A stretch of 64,000 bases of DNA, taken from Eledone cirrhosa. Lineage: Eukaryota. The DNA lies in assembly GCA_964016885.1 (NCBI GenBank), contig OZ024743.1, forward strand, positions 311,860,001 to 311,924,000, written 5' to 3'. Position 1 is the stretch's first letter; each line of letters begins with the position of its first letter. A model generated the notes under the pieces. It did not search any database. It saw only the letters and a list, made by a program, of their open reading frames with translations, and was not told where the DNA came from. The translations under genes and the position numbers were made by a program. Below, piece by piece: positions 15,436 to 28,794 of this stretch.

Positions 15436-15755
15436 CAGCAGCAGCATAAAACTCTGCACATTGCAGCATAAATTCTTGAGGAAAATTAACAGACAATAAT
15501 TTGCTGGAAATAAAATACATGATGTCGACGAAAAGTCTAAAACTTTACAGAAATTGCTGAAAGTAAACTGTTTAATGTTTACGGTTATGTTTATTGCATC
15601 ACCATTAACATTGGTAGGTGATTGGTTGGTTCTATTTATAGGGGGGAGCTACTTTAGCATATCTACAATCTAAGCAGGATCTCGGCACAATTAACTTCAA
15701 TTGCTTTTGAAAAAGATCGAATGTTCTACAGAAGATTGTTGGCAAATGTCCATTA

Positions 15756-15846
<91 letters not shown>

Positions 15847-15904
15847 CTCTCTCCTCTTTCTCTTTCTCTCTTTATTTTTCTCTTTCCCTCTCTCTCTATA
15901 TATA

Positions 15905-16280
15905 TATCATCATCATCATCATTTTACGTGCACTTTTCCCTGCTTGCAAGGGTGGGACGGGAACTGATTCTGGCTTGATTTCTACAGCTGGATATATATA
16001 TCATCATCATCACCGTTTCACGTACGTTCTTCCACGCTAGCATGGGTTAGACGGGTTGTCCTGTTGTGGGCAGTGTCCGGTCGGCTGACCTTGTCTTGCT
16101 CATACAGGAACTGATTCTGGCTTGATTTCTACAGCTGGATGCCCTTCCTAACACCAACTTCATTTACAGTGAGTGCTGGGTGCTTTTTTTTCGTGGTGCC
16201 TACACGTCCACTTTACAACTTTGCAATGGGAGGGTGTGGTGGCATATTGTCTATATGCTTCAGGTTTGGCTTGTACTCGT
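15905..16280 (-). mobile_element. Two stacked RTE/SINE 3' tails
   Basis: 15997-16262 is the reverse complement of RTE UTR 59895-60200; 15920-15992 is the SINE-type tail. Confidence 0.85.
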
Positions 16281-16314
16281 GAGGGGTCAGGTCTTAAATA
16301 TATATATATGTGTA

Positions 16315-16383
<69 letters not shown>

Positions 16384-16479
16384 GTATATATATATGTATA
16401 TATATATATATGTATATATATGTATATATATATGTGTGTATATCTATATATATCTATATATATATATATATAAAATATA

Positions 16480-17468
16480 GAGATTTCATTCGCTTTTTGG
16501 AAATATCCGATCATGGTATGTTTATGTACATTTGTTCTTCTAACTTTGATGTTGTACCTAATTGTGTATGGTTGGCTATATGTCTAGTCAATTTCTACGG
16601 GCTATTAGAAATACTGGGTAAATCTTCTGTGGCTGTGGATCGCGGATAAAATATCTATCATATATTTATCTATTATTTCTTCATAGGTACATTTTAAACT
16701 TATAGCCTCGTTTAATTAATTTTTTGTGTGGTTGATTATGCTGATTGGGAGAAGAAATACTGTATATATTTTATCAAATGATTCTATGGACTAACTTTCT
16801 TATATATTGCTCTGATTGTTGATTATTTAATTAATTAATTCGTCATTGAGCCACACCGTGAATGGTTGCCAAAAACATATATATATTTATCTATGGCTCT
16901 GTCTAGTTTATGTTAATGTAAACCTCTATATTTTATATACTCCCGTAGGTTGAGTAGAACTTTAGGCAGTATTCGGCTGCGCTTTCTAGCAACGAACCTA
17001 CTCGCTGTCAGGCGCCAATCACAAGCTTTCTGACTTGACCACTGGCCATGTGACAATTCTTAGCCATTTTGAATTAGTTTTTGGCGGGGATCATTTAAGA
17101 AAGATCTTTGTCCAATTGAGTTTGTTTCCTGATGATTTCGAAACTCATTGATTTAGCCATGATCGGATATTTCCAAAAAGCGAATGAAATCTCCGGCGGT
17201 AGAAACATGTTTTTGGTATGTTTATGTACATTTGTTCTTCTAACTTTGATTTTGTACCTAATTGTGTATGGTTAGCTATATGTCTAGTCAATTTCTACGG
17301 GCTATTAGAAATACTAGGTAAATATTCTGTGGATGTGGATCGCGGATAAAATATCTATCATATATTTATCTATTATTTCTTCATGGGTAAATTTTAAACG
17401 TATAGCCTCGTTTAATTAATTTTTTGTGCGGTTGATTATGCTGATTGGGAGAAGAAATACTGTATATA
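16480..17468 (+). mobile_element. Non-coding insert: 700-nt unit with about 255-nt terminal direct repeat and a 37-nt inverted cap
   Basis: 16515-16768 repeats at 17215-17468 (offset 700); 16480-16516 is the reverse complement of 17156-17192; (TA)n on both sides. Confidence 0.85.
17123..17207 (+). ncRNA. Type I hammerhead ribozyme with large stem II loop
   Basis: tgtttc-CTGATGA-tttcg..cgaat-GAAA-tc tccggc gg-TA-gaaaca; 6-bp stem I tgtttc/gaaaca; predicted GUA cleavage after 17201. Confidence 0.72.
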
Positions 17469-17480
17469 TGTTATTAACAT

Positions 17481-17512
<32 letters not shown>

Positions 17513-17568
17513 CATCATCATCATCATATATATACATATATCATCATCATCATCATCATCATCATATA

Positions 17569-17602
<34 letters not shown>

Positions 17603-17631
17603 CATATATATATATACATATATATATATAC

Positions 17632-17719
<88 letters not shown>

Positions 17720-17793
17720 AAATATATATGTATATATATATATGTATATATATATATGTATATATATATATATGTATATATATATATGTATAT

Positions 17794-17994
17794 ATAGGAA
17801 CCAGTAGGACCCCGACAGCTGAGCTCAAGCCGTTTCGACGGCTAATTCTGGACGCATCCAGAATTAGCCGTCGAAACGGCTTGAGCTCAGCTGTCGGGGT
17901 CCTACTGGTTCCTATTACCCACTCTACTACCTCAAGTATTGAGTACTTTGGTGCGTTATGGTCCACCTGGTTCCTTACCACATTTCCTTCGTTA
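17794..17994. mobile_element. Second ggaaccagta-family fold-back insert; palindrome 17794-17915
   Basis: 59-bp perfect arms, 4-nt loop cgca; right arm continues about 79 nt to (TA)n. Confidence 0.88.
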
Positions 17995-18024
17995 TATGTA
18001 TATATATATATGTATATATATATG

Positions 18025-18057
<33 letters not shown>

Positions 18058-18064
18058 GTATATA

Positions 18065-18147
<83 letters not shown>

Positions 18148-18314
18148 GTATATGTATATATATATGTATATATATGTATATGTATATATAGATATGTATA
18201 TATATATATGTATATATGTATATATATATATGTATATATATATATGTATATATATATGTATATATATATATTTATGTATATGTATGTATATATATATATG
18301 TATATATATATATG

Positions 18315-18364
<50 letters not shown>

Positions 18365-18396
18365 TGTATATGTATATATATGTATATATATATATG

Positions 18397-18428
<32 letters not shown>

Positions 18429-18460
18429 TGCATATATATATGTATATATATATATATGTA

Positions 18461-18512
<52 letters not shown>

Positions 18513-18515
<3 letters not shown>

Positions 18516-19408
18516 TAATCTATAAAGCTCAGTGTGTGGTCATGCTCCTTCGTTATAGAAATCTACGATATAGAATTTCTTCAATTGAAATTTACAATTC
18601 AGTATTCGAAATAGCTTCGATTGCGTCTTGACGCAGATAATTTTTTCAATTTCACCCACAATTACGCAAAAAATAGATAAAACTCAATATTTTACGATTT
18701 TTCTCTCTCATTTAAAGTGCTGAACTCTTTCTACTACCATTCAAAATCTATACAACTTCATACTTTCTGCTACTTTCTCTTTCCAAGCTTGATGGTGATA
18801 CTGTCCGTTCACACCACTCCCTACTGTCTTAAATTTAGAAAACACATATCCTCTATGAGGGTACTAAACCTGCTAGAAACAGCAGCTAACTCTCCGCATA
18901 TCACACCCCTCCCTACTGTCTTACATTTAGAAAACATATCTTCTATGAGGTCACTAAACCTGCTAGAAACAGCAGCTAACTCTCCCCCATATCACACGAC
19001 TCCCTACTGTCTTAAATTTAGAAAACACATATCCTCTATGAGGTCACTAAACATGCTAGAAACAACAGCTAACTCTCCCTCATATCACAACCCTCCCTAC
19101 TGTCTTAAATTTAGAAAACACACAGACAACCATGCAGAACAACTCCATCGCAGCTCTGTTGTTCAGCTGGCATCGTCTACGCGCGTGTTGCGCAAGTACT
19201 GTGAAACAATAAATTTCAACACTTTTTTGCACAGAGATAATATCCATAGGCGAAACTACAATTGTCACTGCTGGCGCAGCTCATGCTTCCAGGTCTGAAA
19301 TTCATTCACCCAGTGCCTGGCAGACAAAAAAGTGGTGCCATAAAATGGGTGGTGCAACCTAACTTTGGTAACTTAATGAATCCGAGCAACGCCGGGCTTT
19401 AATGGTAG
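18513..19408 (+). mobile_element. Non-autonomous Helitron-like element with internal minisatellite of about 92 bp (18818-19120)
   Basis: A|TC start, subterminal hairpin ccgagcaacgccggg, GTAG|T end (CTAG variant); repeat starts at 18818, 18910, 19001, 19094. Confidence 0.6.
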
Positions 19409-19471
<63 letters not shown>

Positions 19472-19484
19472 ATGATGATATATG

Positions 19485-19568
<84 letters not shown>

Positions 19569-19691
19569 TGTATATATAGGAAAAGGTATGCCGTCGGGGT
19601 GATACTTTTTCATATTACCCACTCTACTACCTCAAGTATTGAGTACTCTGGTGCGTTATGGTCCATCTGGTTCCTTACCCCATTTCCTTCG

Positions 19692-19729
<38 letters not shown>

Positions 19730-19786
19730 CAAGGCTCTGATACCATCAACACTATAAACACACCTGGCATATCTAACAACTGACTA

Positions 19787-19842
19787 ACTGCCTGATGAGG
19801 TCATAGCCATTCAATGGCTATCATCGAAATATATATAGCAGT
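19787..19842 (+). ncRNA. Minimal type I hammerhead ribozyme
   Basis: actgc-CTGATGA-ggtcatagcca ttcaa tggctatcatc-GAAA-t atat a-TA-gcagt; stem I actgc/gcagt; predicted AUA cleavage after 19837. Confidence 0.82.
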
Positions 19843-19883
19843 AAATAAAGGATTATGAGTTCATGCAATTGACTTATGTTTCG

Positions 19884-19942
<59 letters not shown>

Positions 19943-20225
19943 CGAAGGAAATGTGGTAAGGAACCAGGTGGACCATAACGCACCAAAGTACTCAATACTT
20001 GGGGTAGTAGAGTGGGAAATATGAAAAAGTATGACCCCGAATTAGCCGTCGAAACGGCTTGAGCTCAGCTGTCGGGGTCTTACTGGTTCCTATATATATA
20101 TATATATATATATATATAGGAACCAGTAAGGGTCTTACTGGTTCCTATTACCCACTCTACTACCCTAAGTATTGAGTACTTTGGTGCGTTATGGTCCACC
20201 TGGTTCCTTACCACATTTCCTTCGT

Positions 20226-20319
<94 letters not shown>

Positions 20320-20431
20320 CGAAACATAAGTCAATTACATGAACTCATAATCCTTTATTTACTGCTATATATATTTCGATGATAGCCATTGAATGGCTAT
20401 GTATATATATATATATATAGGAACGAGTAGG

Positions 20432-20527
20432 ACCCCGACGGCTGAGCTCAAGCCGTTTCGACGGCTAATTCTGGACTAAATGAAAATTTTTATCCTGGTA
20501 TTTGAATAGCCGAGCTTCTCAGGGGGT
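20432..20527 (-). ncRNA. Hammerhead-like motif of the ggaaccagta family (only complete copy; non-canonical core)
   Basis: Minus strand acccc-CTGAGAAG-ctcggcta..tagccgtc-GAAA-cggc ttgagctca gccg-TC-ggggt; stems I and III pair well, core differs from CUGANGA by one base. Confidence 0.65.
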
Positions 20528-20591
20528 AGTTCCATATATGGTAAAAGTGATTGTCACATGGTCCACCTGGTTCCTTACCACATTTCCTTCG

Positions 20592-22015
<1,424 letters not shown>

Positions 22016-22028
22016 GTATATATATATG

Positions 22029-22059
<31 letters not shown>

Positions 22060-22090
22060 GTATATATATATATATGTATATATATATATG

Positions 22091-22124
<34 letters not shown>

Positions 22125-22345
22125 TGTATATAGGAACCAGTAAGACCCCAGTTGAAAATTGCAAACTTGACTGTCACCACACATTATGAACCTGAAGATT
22201 GTGAAAGCATGAAAGTACTTGTTCAATTAACACTTAACATTTAATATTCTATCATACTATTTCATTATAATACCATTATAAATTTTAAAGGATTGTAAAT
22301 AAAACGAGTAAATCAGACAAAGTTGGAATTCCTCTTATTAATATA

Positions 22346-22444
<99 letters not shown>

Positions 22445-22534
22445 ATACATATATATATGTATATATATATATATGTAGATATATATATATATATGCGTGT
22501 ATACATATATATATGTATATATATATATATGTAG

Positions 22535-22566
<32 letters not shown>

Positions 22567-22597
22567 AAATATATATATATATATATATATAAATATT

Positions 22598-22656
<59 letters not shown>

Positions 22657-22657
<1 letters not shown>

Positions 22658-23160
22658 GAAAAAATGAAACGAAATTTCATTTCCCACTCTTAGTACGGCT
22701 GTTACTTAAATATAAGTATGTACACGTACATACATATAGGTATACAGACGTATATATAAGAGTGGGAAATGAAATTTCGTTTCATTTTTTCCGTTTATCG
22801 TTTTCGGTGCACCCGGCCGATTAACCCACTCGATATGCAAAATGGGCTACCTCAGCCGTTAATATGCATAAGGTAAGTATATACGTTCAACAATCTGGCA
22901 GAAAGGTATGCGTTGCTGACGATAGCTAATAAGCTTGAAACTAGTACAGCGTTCCTTTGTCAGTGTTGAACAAACGAGCAACGATGGTTGCTAGACACTA
23001 CGGCTTAATACGGGATGTTTGTTTACAAACACACCGAGCATTATAATAAATATTCGGTGAATCCATACGTGCATATATATATGTGTGCATGTATGTATAT
23101 ATATATACATACTACTGTACGTCTGTATACATATATGTATGTACGTGTACATACTTATAT
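22657..23160 (+). mobile_element. Non-coding 420-nt-family insert with inverted 5' segment (22657-22752)
   Basis: 22757-23160 aligns with 27171-27572; the inverted segment equals the reverse complement of about 27112-27208. Confidence 0.88.
22910..22952 (+). ncRNA. Minimal type I hammerhead ribozyme
   Basis: gcgttg-CTGACGA-tagc taataa gctt-GAAA-c ta g-TA-cagcgt; palindromic stem III actagt; predicted GUA cleavage after 22946. Confidence 0.8.
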
Positions 23161-23188
23161 ATATATATACACATATATATATATCTAC

Positions 23189-23219
<31 letters not shown>

Positions 23220-23324
23220 CATATATATATACATATATATATATAGATATATATACATATGTATATATACATATGTATATATACATATGTATATATATAT
23301 ATATGTATATATACATATATATAC

Positions 23325-23391
<67 letters not shown>

Positions 23392-23396
23392 CATAC

Positions 23397-23427
<31 letters not shown>

Positions 23428-23428
23428 C

Positions 23429-23523
<95 letters not shown>

Positions 23524-23525
23524 CA

Positions 23526-23563
<38 letters not shown>

Positions 23564-23623
23564 CATACATACATACATACATATATATATATATATACAC
23601 ACACACACAGGGTGCAGACGATA

Positions 23624-23966
23624 TGGAGGCACGTGGCTTAGTGGTTAGAGCATTGGCCTTGCAATCAAAAGGTTGTGAGTTCAATTCTCAGACCGGGTGA
23701 TGTGTTGTTTCCTTGAGCAAGACACTTTATTTCCCATTGCTCCAGTTTACTCAGCTGTAGAAATGATATGGTAGGGACTAGGGGTCCATATCATTCCACT
23801 GTAAAGTGGTCGTGGAGGTGCCACGGCAAAAAAAGCACCCAGCACTCACTGTAAATGAGGTTGGTGTTAGGAAGGGCATCCAGCTGTAGAAATCAAGCCA
23901 GAATCAGTCCCGTCCCACCCTTGCAAGCAGGGAAAAAGCGGACGTAAAATGAAATGAAATGAATGA
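23624..23966 (+). mobile_element. tRNA-headed CORE-like SINE with RTE tail ending in (GAAAT)n
   Basis: gtggcttagtggttagagc (A box), gagttcaattc (B box), ccttgagcaagacacttta, then RTE 3' UTR sequence. Confidence 0.82.
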
Positions 23967-24004
23967 AAAATGATATATATATATATATATAATATTATAA
24001 TGAG

Positions 24005-24950
24005 ATTACAGGAGGCTGAATATATCTAACCACGATTCGGATTTTGGCTACTCGGTGTTTTCCTTACTACCCACCTGGCCCATTGCTACTTCCCTCTCCG
24101 AATATTCAGACTTCGACGAAATTCTACGGATTATACCATAACCTGTATTGTACTGTACCGTATTGACTAAATTCGCTACCCTATACGTCAGGGCCTGTGT
24201 AACTCACACTGAATTCTCAGACTCGAACACACACTGATTCCATTTCCACATCTATATGCATTATCTGACTGCAACTTGAACTATATTGTATTTCTCCTTT
24301 GTTTTGACCTCTCCATTTACTCCACCACCACTCTTGTTTGTTTATTTATATCTTTCTACCTTTGCTGTATTAATGTGCATTTTCCACATATTCTATTTCT
24401 ATACATCCATGTATTTTTTACTCCTCTTATTCGGACTTTTACTCGCGGTGTACCCATTAGCACGGACTGTTGGGTTGGTTTTCCTGGCGGCGGGACCGGC
24501 CTCCTGGCGCATAGGCCTACCTTGAGTGCTTGGAAAAATAAATTTCCCCTTCTTTCGGTAAATGAAACTACTCGGAGCTGATTGATTCGCCCCGGGGGCC
24601 CGGCGCGCAGCCGGTTTTTTGACCGCCATATAGTACCTTTAAATTACAGATCTAATCATAACTATTAGATGTATCACGCCTCCCTCTACTTAAGCAAATT
24701 CCCCTCTTGGGTAAATTAACAGTACTGGTTTTGTACAAGGATGGCCTAACGATGAGGGCTGACTTCTCACTGGCGCACCTGAAGCCTGTTATACATTCCT
24801 AGAGTGCTCGGAAAAATTGATTTCCATATCTTTCGCTAGGCGATAACCCTCGGAGTGGCTGACACGCGGTTGAGATGGGCTGCGTAAGCCTGTAGTCCCC
24901 GCATGCTGTTTGACTGCTAAACATAGACATAATCTTTACTCTATAATAAA
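24005..24950 (+). mobile_element. Possible PLE 3' end with long UTR containing two related structured segments
   Basis: Begins after (TA)n with RLQEAEYI / NHDSDF, loosely like the GIY-YIG terminal EA..I..LN.D.G motif; ends near aataaa. Confidence 0.35.
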
Positions 24951-26000
24951 ATTTAAGTTTCTTCATAAAAGACTCTTTCTTTGCTTAAACCTCGCAACGT
25001 TAAAAATGTTAAACTGTTTAACTTTCAATTTTCTAATTTCTTTAATTTTATAATGTTAATATTAAATATTAATTTTCTGGTGGATTGGCAGTATCGGTAG
25101 AGAGTCTGACACCATGCTTTGAAGCATAGAGTTACGTCCCTTTATGATCTGAGTTCAAATCCCGCCGAGGTTAACTTTGCCTTTCATCATTACGGGGTCG
25201 ATAAAATAAAGTACCAGTAAAGTACCAGTAATGTACTGGGTAATTGCTGGCCTTGTGCCTAAAATAGAAACAATTAATTTTCTAACTTCATCCTATAAAT
25301 CTAAAGAAAAAGGTAACGTTCCAATCTTCTGCTCACACATTATAACATACAGACACCCACTATATTTACCTGTTAAGATACGGATCCCTTAGATTAAATT
25401 TTTTTTCGCGCCATTCCTGGCCTGACTGTAATCTGACATTAGTACCGACCTTTCTTCCTCTTTCTTTCTGTCTTTCTTCTTGTAGCTCGACATTAACCCT
25501 GACTTTTCTTCTTCTTCCGTTTCTTCCTTCTCTTCCCCCTTCTTTCTGTCTTTTTTCTTGTGGCATGATATTAACGCTGACTTATCTTCCTCTCCCTTTC
25601 TGTTTTCCTCTATTTGACCGGTAGTAGGACACTATAAGCTTTAGTCACCTCACTTGAGGGCGACCGTCAAAGGTGGAAGATGCTAGATGGCGGTCGTCCT
25701 CCGGTCTTTGCTTTTCAGCCCCATGGATTTTATCTATTACATTCATTTATTATATTTCGAATACCTGATGATATCACCGGATTCATACGGAACCCGGTCA
25801 TTGAAATGATCACCTTTCAAGGATTTACACAAGTCCAGCCTCCTGTCATTTCATTATAATATTTAACTCCGTAATAACACCACCAACTTCAAAAACGAAG
25901 ACGGTTGAACTGCTTTACGTTGAGTACTCTCCATATTATTACATTAAGATTGACCATACGGAATTGACCAGCTCTATCCAATGGTGAACCTCAAACCTGA

Positions 26001-26128
<128 letters not shown>

Positions 26129-26149
26129 ATATATATATATATATGTATT

Positions 26150-26509
<360 letters not shown>

Positions 26510-26526
26510 AAGGAATTCCAGCTTTG

Positions 26527-27082
26527 TGGCTACCGTCTATTTTTATCGCCCTGCACTTTTTTTATACAGCTGTCGTCTTTCATGCGCATCACGTGACCGT
26601 ACCAACGTAATCTTCTCTCGAGTAAACAACATCTGATCCCTCTTATTCCTAATTTCTCCCTTAGATCGTTTATGCTTTGCCGTTCACGTATATTACTATT
26701 ACACATCCAGCGGAGCATGCAAGCTTCGTTCCTCTCCAGTCTGCGTATATCCTCTGCACACAATGCCCAAGTCTCACTGCCATGTAACATTGCTGTTCGT
26801 ATGAATGCATCATACAGCCTGCCTTTCATTTTTAGAGAGAACCCTTGAGCGGCCAATAGTGGTATAAGCTCTCTATAAAAGATGTAGTGGGATCACAGGT
26901 AAGCTAACTAAGAATATAGATTTTATATGTGGCCGGTGCTCTGGTGCAATAAGTAGCAGCAAGTGACCACTGAATACTAGCTCATTCCATTGCACAGATG
27001 GTTCTATAGAAATAGTGGACACCTTCCGTTACCTGGGTGACAAAATCAGCAGTGGTGGAGGGTGCTCTGAAAGGACAGTAGC
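26527..27082. mobile_element. RTE fragment with internal inversion
   Basis: 26527-26873 minus encodes ELIPLLAAQGF..IDGSH; 26874-27082 plus encodes KRCSGITGK..SERTVA. Confidence 0.88.
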
Positions 27083-27681
<599 letters not shown>

Positions 27682-27728
27682 ATACATATATACATATATA
27701 TATATATACATATATATAAATATATATG

Positions 27729-27761
<33 letters not shown>

Positions 27762-27828
27762 GTATATATATAAATATATATGTATATATATATATGTATA
27801 TGTATATATATATATATGTATATGTATA

Positions 27829-27995
<167 letters not shown>

Positions 27996-28750
27996 GTATA
28001 TATATATATATGTATATATATATATGTATGTATATATGAATATACGATCTATAACTCATTTGGGAGGTGCTGATGCCACTCAGAAATATGATGTTCATGT
28101 AGTATAGCAAGTGTTTCCCTGCTAAAGTAAGGATTAGTCTCGTGGATCCCAGCATAGGGTCCTTTTTGGTGGCAATGTTTTATGACTGGATGTCCTTCCT
28201 GGTGTCACCCCCTTTTAGTCACCTCTTACAACAGGCTTTAAATAACCTAGAAAAAAATAATTTTCGCCTCATTGACCCTTGACCCATTATTTCTGTATTC
28301 ATCTGAAAGGAAGAAAAAAAATCAGCGGCTTATTTGCTGCAGATACTGCAACATCCCCCCCCCCCCCACGCACACACACACACGCACACACAAAATAGCA
28401 TGTGGATTAATAAGGAGCAGACTTATCTTTAATTATAACATTATGGGTGAGAGAATAGATAAAGAATAACACAGTAAGAGGTCAGGAGGTGTAGATTGCC
28501 CCCAGAGAAAATATAACAGATGTTGTTGAATATAAGAAATTAAAAGCAAGCAGAAATGTGACAGTTGGTAGTAATAAGTAGTTTGCATTCTTTCTTATTT
28601 CATGAGAGGTTGATGTAGTTTTAAAAACACCTACATTTTTACAATATCACAACAAAACTACAGCTTAATTGAGCTAAGCTAGTTTTAAATATCAAAGAAG
28701 CTGAAAAGTATGAGCTGAACAATCACAGATTGTTATTATTATACTAAAGC

Positions 28751-28794
28751 CTAACTAGGCTTGATGCTGCTTAACTTCAGTGATCGGATGAGAA
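28751..28794 (-). pseudogene. 5S rRNA-derived fragment
   Basis: Minus strand ttctcatccgatcactgaagttaagcagcatcaagcctagttag resembles metazoan 5S rRNA around box A. Confidence 0.6.

Larger units (their letters stand above)
19578..20594. mobile_element. Cluster of ribozyme-family fragments interleaved with (TA)n
   Basis: ggaaccagta-family pieces at 19590-19694, 19940-20091, 20116-20227, 20417-20557, 20558-20594; second family at 19726-19889 with inverted partial copy 20315-20401. Confidence 0.85.

Noticed and set aside
10763-15520. Poly-L/N/H/M/D/I and ER/LS ORFs
   Set aside because: Products of (TTG)n, (GAT)n/(CAT)n and (CT)n repeats; no splice or domain support.
18818-19120. Regular repeats (also 12036-12400 and 36890-37195) considered as CRISPR-like arrays
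   Set aside because: Whole units repeat with no unique spacers; eukaryotic context and no cas genes.
23624-23700. tRNA gene
   Set aside because: No complete cloverleaf; continues into SINE body and is multi-copy.
24860-24905. 7SL/SRP Alu-domain-like gcctgtagtccc, and SECIS-like atga..tga at about 24562-24582
   Set aside because: Matches are short, the rest of SRP RNA is absent, and the SECIS helix spacing is wrong.
25760-25820. ctgatga..accgg..ccggt..gaaa-tgatca hammerhead-like string in a possible PLE tail (25280-26004)
   Set aside because: No NUH cleavage triplet or convincing stem I; at best a decayed ribozyme.
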